Assembly: GCA_902792515.1 (NCBI GenBank)
Contig: CADAZX010000001.1
Span: 72,441-136,440, forward strand
Length of the DNA stretch: 64,000 nt
Reading direction: 5' to 3'
Source: an uncultured Ruminococcus sp.
GTDB lineage: Bacteria; Bacillota; Clostridia; UBA1212
The translations under genes were made by a program, and so were the position numbers. The notes below the pieces were generated by a model. It was not told the origin of the DNA. It saw nothing but the letters and a program-made list of their open reading frames with translations, and made no database searches. Positions 17,146 through 26,042 of the stretch are shown here, in pieces. Each line of letters starts with the position of its first letter. The stretch's first letter is position 1.

Positions 17146-17197
17146 AAAACCACCCGCTTTATCTGCTTTGCTTGATTAATCTTATTAACCCTTTTCT

Positions 17198-17833
17198 TTA
17201 CTTGACGATCATACCGATGTCGCCGGTCTTGATCTGCGAAGCGTTCGCCTCGTCGGTGTCGATGTGCATCTCGAGCGAGAACGAAGGGTCGACGCGAATC
17301 GCGACGTTGTTGAAAATCGTTCCTCTGTCGTTGTTGAACTTCACAGAAACGACGTCTCCGTCCTTGACTCCCGCCATTTCAGCGTCGTGAGGCGTCATAT
17401 GAATGTGACGCGCCGCGACGATGCAGCCCTCGTCGAGTTGCACCATTCCGCAAGGTCCGACAAGGTTGATCGGAGCGCTTCCGGCAATGTGACCCGAAAG
17501 TCTGACCGGCGCCGGAACGCCGAGCGTGCGGGCATCCGTAAGCGATACTTCAACCTGGGTCTTGCTTCTGCAAGGTCCGAGGATCCTCACGTTCGCTATC
17601 GGGCGAAGTTTGAGGCCGACGATCATAACCTGCTCGTTGCAGGCGTACTGTCCGCCCATGAGGTCCTTCTTCTTGGTCAGATGGTAGCCCTTGCCGAAGA
17701 GTTTCTCAACGTCTTCCTGCGTCAGATGGATGTGTCTCGCGGACACGCCCACGGGCACCTGAAACCCGGTTTCGGACTGCTTTTGGATCACCTCAAGCAC
17801 AGCTCTTGTGATTTCTTCTATCGACTGATTCAT
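17198..17833 (-). CDS. pduL: Phosphate propanoyltransferase PduL
   Basis: Duplicated PduL/EutD-type domains (ARHIHLT...; AARHIHMTPHDA), ~211 aa. Confidence 0.9.
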   Translation of the reverse strand: MNQSIEEITRAVLEVIQKQSETGFQVPVGVSARHIHLTQEDVEKLFGKGYHLTKKKDLMGGQYACNEQVMIVGLKLRPIANVRILGPCRSKTQVEVSLTDARTLGVPAPVRLSGHIAGSAPINLVGPCGMVQLDEGCIVAARHIHMTPHDAEMAGVKDGDVVSVKFNNDRGTIFNNVAIRVDPSFSLEMHIDTDEANASQIKTGDIGMIVK

Positions 17834-18074
17834 TTTCTTCCGCCTTTATTTCTTCCGTTCTTTCCGCCCGGGCGCCTTTCCTTCCTTTAAGAAGGCGGTA
17901 CGCTTTTTTGCAAGCGCTCCGGCGCCCGCGGCATAAAAACTCAACGTTTCCCGGGCAATACTTCAAAGCGCGATACGTCGATTTGATACGTCAATTCGAT
18001 AAGTCAACGCAATGCGTCAACGCGATACCGCAATGATATCCCGCACCGTCCGGGAATTATAAATACGGGGATAA

Positions 18075-18353
18075 TTACTTCAGTACGGGAAGAATTCTCT
18101 CGACGTCGTTGTGAGGTCTGGGGATCACGTGGGTGGCTACGAGTTCGCCGAGCTTGGCAGCGTTTGCGCCGCCGGCTTCAACAGCGGATTTAACGGCGCC
18201 GACGTCGCCTCTTACCATAACGGTAACGAGTCCGGAACCGATCTTCTCGGTGCCGACAAGTTCAACGTTAGCAGCTTTGAGCATTGCATCGGCCGCTTCG
18301 ATCGCAGCTGTAAGTCCTCTTGTTTCAACCATTCCTAAAGCCTGTTGTACCAT
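18075..18353 (-). CDS. BMC-H shell protein (PduA/PduJ-like). The start was probably miscalled in the ORF track, which gives an upstream Lys-rich extension to 18494.
   Basis: [30 protein letters not shown]...IPRPH. A strong RBS AAGGAGG lies immediately upstream of the internal ATG at 18351-18353. Confidence 0.85.
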   Translation of the reverse strand: MVQQALGMVETRGLTAAIEAADAMLKAANVELVGTEKIGSGLVTVMVRGDVGAVKSAVEAGGANAAKLGELVATHVIPRPHNDVERILPVLK

Positions 18354-18498
18354 TTTCTTTTCCTCCTTAATTGTTTCAACATTTCCGCTTCCCGCGGATT
18401 CAGTTTTGATTTCTTTTACATTCGGAGCCGCCGGCTTCTTTACGTCAGCCTTCGGCTTTCCGGTGTTTGCCGGTGTTTTCTTAGTTTCTGCCATAATG

Positions 18499-18819
18499 TC
18501 ACACCTTCTTGAGTCTGCTGGCGCTTATAGCAACCATTCTGGCGGTCTCCTCGTGGGGGTTCGCGATCACGGCGTGCGCGCAGGGTTTGACAAGGCTTCG
18601 CGCCAGCGCGGCTTCCACAGCTTCGGTAACGGCCGAGACCGTTCCCTCTATTACGATTGTGACAAGCCAGCCGCCGAGTCTGCGTTCCCACGTGACGAAC
18701 CTGACGTCTGCGGTTTTGCACATTATGTCAAGCGCGTCGATCGCGGCCGTAACGCCTCTGACCTCGATAAATCCCAATGACTCCATTTTCTGCCGTTCCT
18801 CCCTGAGAAACTTTTTCAA
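18499..18819 (-). CDS. BMC-domain shell protein (106 aa)
   Basis: [30 protein letters not shown]...[20 protein letters not shown] is a single BMC domain. Confidence 0.8.
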   Translation of the reverse strand: MKKFLREERQKMESLGFIEVRGVTAAIDALDIMCKTADVRFVTWERRLGGWLVTIVIEGTVSAVTEAVEAALARSLVKPCAHAVIANPHEETARMVAISASRLKKV

Positions 18820-18950
18820 GTTTTCGAGCTTCCGCCCTTTTCAAAATCCGACCGTAACGTAACGCGACGGTTCCGTCCTCTGACGTCTCGTGAGGCGCCG
18901 TTTTAACGTTCTTTACGTCAAGAACACTAAATCAGCGTTTTCCGATTATT

Positions 18951-19229
18951 TTATTTCGCCTGGGGAAGGATCTTCTCCACGTCGTTGTGCGGTCTCGGAA
19001 TAACATGAACCGCTATGAGCTCGCCGAGTTTGCCTGCGTTTGCGGCGCCGACTTCGGTAGCCGCCTTAACAGCCGCGACGTCGCCTCTTACCATAACGGT
19101 AACGAGTCCGGAGCCGATCTTCTCGGTGCCGATGAGGGTGACCTCTGCCGCTTTAACCATTGCGTCGGCCGCTTCGATAGCCGCTGTAAGACCTCTGGTC
19201 TCAACCATGCCCAATGCTTCCTGTACCAT
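18951..19229 (-). CDS. BMC-H shell protein (PduA/PduJ-like), paralogue of 18075..18353
   Basis: [30 protein letters not shown]...IPRPH. RBS GGAGG lies before the ATG at 19227-19229. The track ORF extends upstream, probably spuriously. Confidence 0.85.
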   Translation of the reverse strand: MVQEALGMVETRGLTAAIEAADAMVKAAEVTLIGTEKIGSGLVTVMVRGDVAAVKAATEVGAANAGKLGELIAVHVIPRPHNDVEKILPQAK

Positions 19230-19377
19230 AACATTTACCTCCATTAGAATTTCAAGTTGTTTCACTCTGCCGGGTCTTGCGCTCCGTCTGCGTTCCGCGT
19301 CGCTTTTCGCACCGGAAACGTCATTTTCGCGCATGCCCGAAAATAATTACATTGCCGTTCCGCCGCCCGCCTCAAGG

Positions 19378-19692
19378 TCAGCTCTTGTCGAGTCCACTCA
19401 GCTTCAGCATCTTTTCGGTTCCGGGTTCCGGGTTCGCTATTATATAAGACGTAACCACTCCCGAGACCTTTTCGGCCGCCTCTACTGCCGCCTCGACCGC
19501 AGCCTGAACCGCGGCGACGTCCCCCCGGAATTTCACCAAAACGATAAGAGGCACCTTCAGCTTTTCCGGGTGAGCCGGTTTGTTTCTGTCGAAAACCTCC
19601 ATATGTACGTTGGCCGCCTTGCATCCGGCGTCTCCCGCAACGAACGCCGCGACCAGTCCGTATACTTCCACAAATCCAACTGCTTCTGCCAT
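19378..19692 (-). CDS. BMC-domain shell protein (104 aa)
   Basis: AVGFVEVYGLVAAFVAGDAGCKAANV...FRGDVAAVQAAVEAA, then IIANPEP. Confidence 0.75.
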   Translation of the reverse strand: MAEAVGFVEVYGLVAAFVAGDAGCKAANVHMEVFDRNKPAHPEKLKVPLIVLVKFRGDVAAVQAAVEAAVEAAEKVSGVVTSYIIANPEPGTEKMLKLSGLDKS

Positions 19693-19927
19693 TTTCGTAA
19701 AATTCTCCGGGTTTTAATCTTTTCCTCCCCGCGGCAGTCCGCCGTTTTTAGGAAGGACGTTATTTTCTGCAGCGGGCATTCTCGAAAATCCTCAAACCGG
19801 GAATCCGGGAACGCTCTGCCGCTCATTCAAAGTCAGCCGGTCTTTTTAAGGGAATGCGCTCTTACGCTTGACATCAAATATTCGCCGCTTGCGTAAAGAG
19901 CATTAAATCTCTGCATTTCCGTGCCGG

Positions 19928-21148
19928 TCACTTGTTGACGATCGCGATCTTGAGACCTTCCTGTCTCAGGTTCACGCCCATCGCCTCGTTGATCTGGTCA
20001 AGCGGGAACTTGTGGGTGATGAGCTCTTTGATCGGGAGCCCGATGCCCTGCGCCCTCTTGAGGAAGTCGAACGTCGTCGCGTAGTCCCTGAGAGTGTAGA
20101 CCCAGGAGCCGACGATCGTGATCTCCTTCGAGCAGATGTCGAAGTGCGGGTTGATTGTCGCGTCGCCGCCGTTGATGAAGAAGCCCAGCTCGCAAAGACC
20201 GCCGCCGTTGCGGATGAACTTGTAGATGTTGGAATGTCCGCCGGGAGCGCCGGTGCACTGGAATCCGAAGTCCGCAAGATGTCCGCCGAACGCGTCCTTG
20301 ACCGCCTCTGTGAGAGCCTCGATGCCCTTGATCTCTCTGTAGTTGACAGAACCCATGGCGCCCATTCTCTTCGCGAATTCAAGTCTCTTCGGGTTTCCGT
20401 CGACCGCCACGATGTTCTGGACGCCGAGCGTTCTCAGAACCGCGATGCAGATGAGTCCGATCGGTCCGCATCCCTGTACAACAACTCTGGAGTTGAATCT
20501 GAGGATGTTCGTGCTCTTCGCTCTCTCGACAGCGTGAACGAGTACCGCGCAGGGCTCGATGAGGATTCTGGAGTCGAGGTCAAGGTCGCTCACGTTGAAG
20601 AACGTGGAGCCGAGCTTGCCGCGAATCAGAATGTAGTCCGAGAACCATCCGTTGAGGTGCACGTCGTCGTCCGGAAGAAGTCCGTAGACGTCCGCACCGC
20701 CGACGTTCTGCTTGTTGAGGTCGAACATCGTGATTTCGGGGTTGTCTTTAAATATCATGCAGGTGACGATCTTGTCTCCGAGGCCCACCGGCTTGCCGGC
20801 GCTGTCGACCTTGACGTTTTTGCCGATCTTCACGATCTCGCCGGTTCCCTCGTGTCCGAGAGCGACCGGGATAAGACTGAACGGGTCTTTTCTGAATTCG
20901 TGAGCGTCGGTTCCGCAAATGCCGCAGCCTTCGACCTTGACGAGAATGTCGTCGTCGCCGACCTCAGGGATCGGATATTCCCTGATTTCGAATTTTTCAA
21001 GAGCGGTAAGGAACGCTACGTGGGCCGTCTTCGGGATCGAGCCGCTCTGTCCTCCCGCGGTATAACCGGAGGCGGGGCGTACCGGAGAGCTGTTCATGGC
21101 CTCAAGCACTTTCCTGACAATCTCTTGAATGTCACGTTGGTTGTCCAT
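19928..21148 (-). CDS. Zinc-dependent (MDR-family) alcohol dehydrogenase with an N-terminal encapsulation-peptide-like amphipathic helix
   Basis: GHEGTGEIV and GCGPIGL Rossmann motifs, plus a structural-zinc Cys region. N-terminus MDNQRDIQEIVRKVLEAMNS, then a ~25-aa G/S/P-rich linker. Confidence 0.75.
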   Translation of the reverse strand: MDNQRDIQEIVRKVLEAMNSSPVRPASGYTAGGQSGSIPKTAHVAFLTALEKFEIREYPIPEVGDDDILVKVEGCGICGTDAHEFRKDPFSLIPVALGHEGTGEIVKIGKNVKVDSAGKPVGLGDKIVTCMIFKDNPEITMFDLNKQNVGGADVYGLLPDDDVHLNGWFSDYILIRGKLGSTFFNVSDLDLDSRILIEPCAVLVHAVERAKSTNILRFNSRVVVQGCGPIGLICIAVLRTLGVQNIVAVDGNPKRLEFAKRMGAMGSVNYREIKGIEALTEAVKDAFGGHLADFGFQCTGAPGGHSNIYKFIRNGGGLCELGFFINGGDATINPHFDICSKEITIVGSWVYTLRDYATTFDFLKRAQGIGLPIKELITHKFPLDQINEAMGVNLRQEGLKIAIVNK

Positions 21149-21162
21149 TTGTTTTTCCTCCC

Positions 21163-22548
21163 TTATCTGATGCAGAGACTGTCTGACATGATGCAGTGTC
21201 TGCGCTTTGTGAATGTCTGAGCGGAAGTGAGTCCCTCACCTGTGCGGCTCGCGATCGTAAACGTGCAGTAGCCTTCGCCGCCGAATCCGAGCGCCGCGTA
21301 GGAAGGCGCGTTCTTGACCAGGATCGCGGTGTCTATCGCCTTGCCGTACTTGGTGATGTTGTCGATGTTCTTCGAGTGGATGTGGGCCGAATGGCGGTTG
21401 CCGTGCTCGAGCCACACCGCTTTCTCGATCGCGTCGTCAATGTCCTTCGCCCTTACGATACCGAGGATCGGCATCATGAGCTCGGTGGCGATGAGCGGGT
21501 GTTCCTTCTCGCCCTCGAAAATGATGCAGCGCACGTTCGACGGAACGTCGACGCCTATCATCTTCATAAGGGTCTTCGCGTCTCTTCCGACGCACTTGCG
21601 GTTGAGCGCGCCCTTCGGCGTGATAACGGTCTCGACGAGCTTCTGAATCTCTTCGGGAGTTGCCTCGTAGCAGCCGTTTTCAAGCAGATGGTACTTGAGC
21701 TCGTCCGCGATCGACTCGACGGCGACAATTTCCTTCTCCGCGATGCACGGGAGGTTGTTGTCGAACGTGCAGCCGTTCACGATGTCTCTCGCCGCCTTCG
21801 GGATGTCGGCCGTGTCGTCAACGAGTGCCGGCGGGTTGCCCGCGCCTGCGCCGATGCCCCTGCGTCCCGACGAGAGAACCGTGGTTACAACGCCCGGTCC
21901 GCCTGTCGCGGCGATGAGCTGGATGGCCTTGTGGGACATCATGATCTTGGACGTATCCAAAGTGGGTTTGACAACGGAAGTCGCGACGTTGTTCGGGCCG
22001 CCCGCCTCGATCGAAGCTCTGTTCACGAGCTCGATCGCGAACTGGGAGGTTTTGATTGCCGCCGGGTGCGGGTTGAAAACGACTGTGTTGCCGCCCGCGA
22101 TCATTCCGATGCTGTTGCAGAGGATCGTCTCGCTGGGGTTGGTCGTGGGCGTGATGGCGCCGATAACGCCGAACGGGCCCATTTCGACAAGGGTAAGTCC
22201 CCTGTCGCCCGACCAAACGCGCGTGGTGATGTCCTCGGTTCCGGGCGTCTTTTCGGCGAGAAGCTTGTGCTTCAAAATCTTGTCGCCTACGTTGCCCATT
22301 CCCGTCTCCTCAACGCCCATTCTCGCGAGGAGTTCCGCATTTTCAATAGTAAGTCTTCTGATGTTGGAGATAATTTTCTCCCTGAAATCCATAGGCATTT
22401 TCTGCATGACCTTTTGGGCCTCGATTGCAGCCGCTATGGCATCGTTCATGTCCTCAAAAATACCGAGTCTTTTTTCTGCCGGCGTATCGTGGAGCTGCAT
22501 GCTTGCCACAACCTGCGCTACGATTGCCTGAATATCGTTCTCGTTCAT
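21163..22548 (-). CDS. pduP: CoA-acylating aldehyde dehydrogenase (PduP/EutE family) with an N-terminal encapsulation peptide
   Basis: ALDH fold with catalytic Cys context (NNLPCIAEKE). N-terminus MNENDIQAIVAQVVASMQ resembles known encapsulation peptides. It overlaps the next gene by 4 nt, which suggests operon coupling. Confidence 0.85.
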   Translation of the reverse strand: MNENDIQAIVAQVVASMQLHDTPAEKRLGIFEDMNDAIAAAIEAQKVMQKMPMDFREKIISNIRRLTIENAELLARMGVEETGMGNVGDKILKHKLLAEKTPGTEDITTRVWSGDRGLTLVEMGPFGVIGAITPTTNPSETILCNSIGMIAGGNTVVFNPHPAAIKTSQFAIELVNRASIEAGGPNNVATSVVKPTLDTSKIMMSHKAIQLIAATGGPGVVTTVLSSGRRGIGAGAGNPPALVDDTADIPKAARDIVNGCTFDNNLPCIAEKEIVAVESIADELKYHLLENGCYEATPEEIQKLVETVITPKGALNRKCVGRDAKTLMKMIGVDVPSNVRCIIFEGEKEHPLIATELMMPILGIVRAKDIDDAIEKAVWLEHGNRHSAHIHSKNIDNITKYGKAIDTAILVKNAPSYAALGFGGEGYCTFTIASRTGEGLTSAQTFTKRRHCIMSDSLCIR

Positions 22549-23084
22549 TTTTTCGCGATCGCCTCCTTAAATAATTTTAGTCCGTATTCTGCCAAAAAAG
22601 TGTCCTGTTCCTCCGTGCCGCCGCTGACGCCTATGCCGCCGATCACCGTTCCGCCGCACTCAAACGGTTCCCCGCCTCCGAAAATCACTATTCTCTGATT
22701 GTTCGTAAACTGGATCCCGTAGAGCGGCTTCCCGGGCTGGGCGAGCTTTTTGAGCGTCGAGGTGGACATCTTGAGCGCCGCCACCGTGAAAGCCTTGTCA
22801 AAAGCGATGCCGTAGCTCGCTATGTAAGAGCCGTCCATACAGTGGACCGCCACCGGATTCGCGCCCCTGTTCGAGATCGCCACGACCGCGTTGACTCCGA
22901 TTTCGGCCGCCTTCTTCTCCACGCCTTCGATGATCTCGAGCGCGAGCGCGAGCGTCATATCGGAGTAGGAGTTTCCCGGCGTTTCCGGAGCAGGTTTTAC
23001 CGTCTGCGGCCGGCCGCCCTCAAGGGATGCGACTACGTCACGCACTATCTGTTCGATTGCCGCGTCCGAAAGTTTCCGGTCCAT
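22545..23084 (-). CDS. GlcG / DUF336 (PduO C-terminal domain-like, haem-binding) protein with an encapsulation-peptide-like N-terminus
   Basis: AAIEQIVRDVVASLEGG N-terminal helix. The C-terminal region ...VIGGIGVSGGTEEQD is typical of DUF336. Confidence 0.65.
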   Translation of the reverse strand: MDRKLSDAAIEQIVRDVVASLEGGRPQTVKPAPETPGNSYSDMTLALALEIIEGVEKKAAEIGVNAVVAISNRGANPVAVHCMDGSYIASYGIAFDKAFTVAALKMSTSTLKKLAQPGKPLYGIQFTNNQRIVIFGGGEPFECGGTVIGGIGVSGGTEEQDTFLAEYGLKLFKEAIAKK

Positions 23085-23209
23085 AACACTTTCCGTTTCT
23101 TTTTGTTTCTTTTTTCCGGGTCTCCCGTACGCCGGCTTTTCGAAAAAGCCGCTTCGGGAATATCCCGGTCTGTTTTTAATAAATTCTCATTTAGATTTTA
23201 AGGCGTCGC

Positions 23210-24022
23210 TTATTTGCCGAGCTGCGCCATAACCTTCTTTGTGATTTCGGCGATCAGAGCGTCGTCGGAGCTGCTCGAAGAGGAGGTGTGATGACCCGAG
23301 CATGAACCGCCGCAGTTGTGGCAGCTGGGCTTGCCTTCAAGCGTGTTCGGGCAGAGGTTCGCGGGATGGCGTCCGGGCATACCGAACTTTCTCCTGATCT
23401 CGTAGAGGTCCTCAACCTGCTGGGGAGTGAACTCCTTCGGGCCGCCGAGCATTTTCGACTGGTAGAGGAGCCGGGCGTAGAACTCGGTGGATTCCATCTT
23501 GTAGTACGCGTTGAGGAGCGTGTTCGAATACGTGAGAGCGCCGTGGTTCTCAAGCAGAACGGCGTCGAAATACTGAACGTACTCGGAAACCGCGTCCGGA
23601 ATCTCCTCGGTGGAAGGACGTCCGTACTTCGCGATCGGAACGCAGCCGAGAGCGATGACCGCCTCAGGCATAATGGGCTGAGTCAGCGGAATTCCCGCGA
23701 TCGCGAACGAGGTCGCGTACAGCGGGTGTGCGTGTACGACCGCGTTGACGTCCGGTCTCTCTTTATAGACGCGCATGTGCATTTTGATTTCGGAGGACGG
23801 TTTGAATCCGGCGTTCGCCTGGATGACCTTTCCTTCTCTGTCAACTTTGCAGATGAAGTCGGGCGTCATAAAGCCCTTACTCACACCTGTAGGTGTGCAA
23901 AGGAACTCGTTGTCGTTCAGCTTTACGGAGATGTTGCCGTCGTTGGCGGCGACCATTCCCCTGTCGTAAATACGACGGCCGATGTCGCAGATTTCCTTTT
24001 TGATCTCATACTCTGATTTCAT
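23210..24022 (-). CDS. Class II aldolase (L-fuculose-/rhamnulose-1-phosphate aldolase family) with a Cys/His-rich C-terminal linker and a terminal encapsulation-peptide-like helix
   Basis: The aldolase_II core carries metal-ligand His residues (HAHPLYAT). The C-terminal ~70 aa is an extra: ...CPNTLEGKPSCHNCGGSCSGHHTSSSSSSDDALIAEITKKVMAQLGK. Confidence 0.75.
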   Translation of the reverse strand: MKSEYEIKKEICDIGRRIYDRGMVAANDGNISVKLNDNEFLCTPTGVSKGFMTPDFICKVDREGKVIQANAGFKPSSEIKMHMRVYKERPDVNAVVHAHPLYATSFAIAGIPLTQPIMPEAVIALGCVPIAKYGRPSTEEIPDAVSEYVQYFDAVLLENHGALTYSNTLLNAYYKMESTEFYARLLYQSKMLGGPKEFTPQQVEDLYEIRRKFGMPGRHPANLCPNTLEGKPSCHNCGGSCSGHHTSSSSSSDDALIAEITKKVMAQLGK

Positions 24023-24119
24023 TGAAAAAGCCTCCTGTAAAAAAGTATGTTTATCTGTGGTATTTTTTGCCGGCCCCGCGGCCGTTTGTTTTCGTATTTC
24101 CCGGAAATAATATTGAATA

Positions 24120-24554
24120 TTATTCGCGGCTCAGGTACTCCCTGATTTTTTCCACTCCCTGGCCGGCCACCGAGTCGACGAGGAAGATCTTTTGCGGTTC
24201 GACCCCCATTATGTCCATCCAGTTCATCACCATCGGCACGTTCGCGTCAGGATCGTTTATCTTGGTGATGATCCCTATCACGTCCCTGTTGCAGAACGCG
24301 GTGCTGCCCGGGTCGAAAAGGCAGTACGTCTCGTTCGCGGCTATCAGGAATCCGACCACGTCGGCTTCGTAGGTGTAGAGCCCTATGGCCCTCGCGAACT
24401 CTCTGCTCTGTATGTACTCGCCCGGGGTGTCGATGACGTCGTCGTCGTAGTTGACGTACTGCGTCTTGTGGTAGTGTATCTCCTCGCCCCTGAGCGCCTG
24501 CGTTAAAGTCGTCTTGCCGGCCTCGCTGCGGCCGATCAGAATGATTTTTCTCAT
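24120..24554 (-). CDS. EutP/PduV-family small GTPase
   Basis: P-loop GRSEAGKTTL, ~144 aa, in the microcompartment operon. Confidence 0.85.
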   Translation of the reverse strand: MRKIILIGRSEAGKTTLTQALRGEEIHYHKTQYVNYDDDVIDTPGEYIQSREFARAIGLYTYEADVVGFLIAANETYCLFDPGSTAFCNRDVIGIITKINDPDANVPMVMNWMDIMGVEPQKIFLVDSVAGQGVEKIREYLSRE

Positions 24555-24576
24555 GACGGCCGTCCGCCTTTCCGCG

Positions 24577-24960
24577 TCACGTCTTGGTGATTGCGACCAC
24601 GGTGAACTTGAGCGTTTCCCTCAAGTAGTCCACGACCGCGTGCACCGCCGCCTCGACCTCTGAAACCGTGCCTGTCATTATGAGCGTTCCGCTGAACCTG
24701 TCCACGAATCCGATCTCCGCGCCGGAGGCCTTCATCGCTATGTCGCCCGCGATTATCGACGTCTCCGCCGGCGTCATCGTCATGATTCCGATCGAACTGT
24801 TTGAGTAGTCGACCGACGGGTTGAGTCCCATCTTCCTGTACAGGATCGGCTCAGGGTTCGCGATAATGTGCGCCAGCGTCACCTGCTTGCCGGGAACGAG
24901 CTCCTGCACGATCCTCATTTTCGTGTCGTCGGACTGTTTGATTAATCCCTGAAGATCCAT
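24577..24960 (-). CDS. pduU: Circularly permuted BMC shell protein, PduU/EutS-type
   Basis: GFVDRFSGTLIMTGTVSEVEAAV and an N-terminal beta-barrel-forming segment, ~127 aa. Confidence 0.8.
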   Translation of the reverse strand: MDLQGLIKQSDDTKMRIVQELVPGKQVTLAHIIANPEPILYRKMGLNPSVDYSNSSIGIMTMTPAETSIIAGDIAMKASGAEIGFVDRFSGTLIMTGTVSEVEAAVHAVVDYLRETLKFTVVAITKT

Positions 24961-24961
24961 T

Positions 24962-25753
24962 TTATCCTCCGATCTGGCATCTCAGGCCGCTCTTTTTCGC
25001 GACCTCCAGAAGCGATTCCATGTACGACTGCGACATCGGCTCGATTCCGTCCAGAAGGTATTCCCTGCCGAGTCCCGTGTACTTGTCCTGCCCGAGCCTG
25101 TGGTACGGAAGCAGGTGGAGCTGCTCAACGCCGGGAAGCGAGGCCGCGAACGTCGCGATCTGCCTTATCTCCTCGGGCGTGTTGTTGAACGTCGGGATGA
25201 CCGGCACCCTTATAATAAGCTCGACGTCGCTCTCCGCGACCTTGCGCGCGTTTTCGAGAATGCGCGTGTTCGGCTTCCCGGTGAACTCCTCGTGCTTTCT
25301 CGGGTCCATGTGCTTGATGTCCATCAAATAAGTGTCGAGGTAAGGGAGAAGCTTTTGGATGTTTTCGAACGGCAGCGTCGCGGCCGACTCGATCGCGGTG
25401 TTGATTCCGTTCTCCTTGGCAGCCCTCAGAAGCGCCGCCGCGAAGTCCGGCTGGCAGAGGCACTCGCCTCCGGAAAGCGTCAGACCTCCGTTCGAGTTCC
25501 GGTAGTAGTCGCCGTCCTTCATGACCTCTTCCATGACTTCAGCCACGGTGACGTCCCTGCCGATTATTTTTTTCTTGCCGGCTACGGTCATCTCCTGGAT
25601 CTTGTACTCCTGGGACTCCGGGTTGCAGCACCATCTGCATCTCAAGACGCAGCCCTTCAAAAAGACTATCGTCCTGATGCCGGTGCCGTCGTGGATCGAA
25701 TATCTCTGGATGTCGAAAATCCTTCCGGTCTGCTGCATGTAGTTGTCGTTCAT
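24962..25753 (-). CDS. Glycyl-radical-enzyme activating enzyme (radical SAM, PflA family)
   Basis: CxxxCxxC radical-SAM motif (CVLRCRWCCNP), glycine-rich SAM motif (LTLSGGECL), ~263 aa. It lies 289 nt downstream of the glycyl radical enzyme. Confidence 0.9.
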   Translation of the reverse strand: MNDNYMQQTGRIFDIQRYSIHDGTGIRTIVFLKGCVLRCRWCCNPESQEYKIQEMTVAGKKKIIGRDVTVAEVMEEVMKDGDYYRNSNGGLTLSGGECLCQPDFAAALLRAAKENGINTAIESAATLPFENIQKLLPYLDTYLMDIKHMDPRKHEEFTGKPNTRILENARKVAESDVELIIRVPVIPTFNNTPEEIRQIATFAASLPGVEQLHLLPYHRLGQDKYTGLGREYLLDGIEPMSQSYMESLLEVAKKSGLRCQIGG

Positions 25754-25829
25754 TGTCGGTTGATTTTTCCTTGAGTTTCAGTGTTTTCCGCTGCTTTGGA
25801 AGCAGTTGTTCGTTGAAATCGCCAGGTTT

Positions 25830-26027
25830 CGAGCTATTTTCGCGTGCGCGGACCCGCGTGTGTCTCCGCTTGGTCTCCGGTTTAGCTGGCGCTAAAAGTC
25901 GCCCTCGCGCGAGACGCACGCGATTCTACCTTATAAACGTCGACGCAGCTTGATATTGCGACATGAACGATTCCGCGTTAGCGGTCAAGTGAGGGACGCA
26001 ACATAAAGTGCGGACTGCGTAAAGAGC
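25830..26027. repeat. Intergenic modular repeat, copy B (blocks Z, X, Y, W), lying between the glycyl radical enzyme and its activase
   Basis: Z 25830-25851, X 25857-25887, Y 25941-26012, W (ctgcgtaaagagc) 26015-26027. The blocks match copies at 14267-14600. Confidence 0.8.
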
Positions 26028-26042
26028 CGAAAGCCGGCGATT

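Noticed and set aside
18354-18494. Lys-rich 47-aa N-terminal extension of the BMC-H protein (ORF-track start at 18494), and the similar upstream extension of 18951..19334
   Set aside because: In both cases a strong GGAGG-type RBS sits immediately before an internal ATG that begins the conserved MVQ(Q/E)[14 protein letters not shown]-terminus. The upstream in-frame ATGs lack an RBS, so they are treated as mis-called starts.
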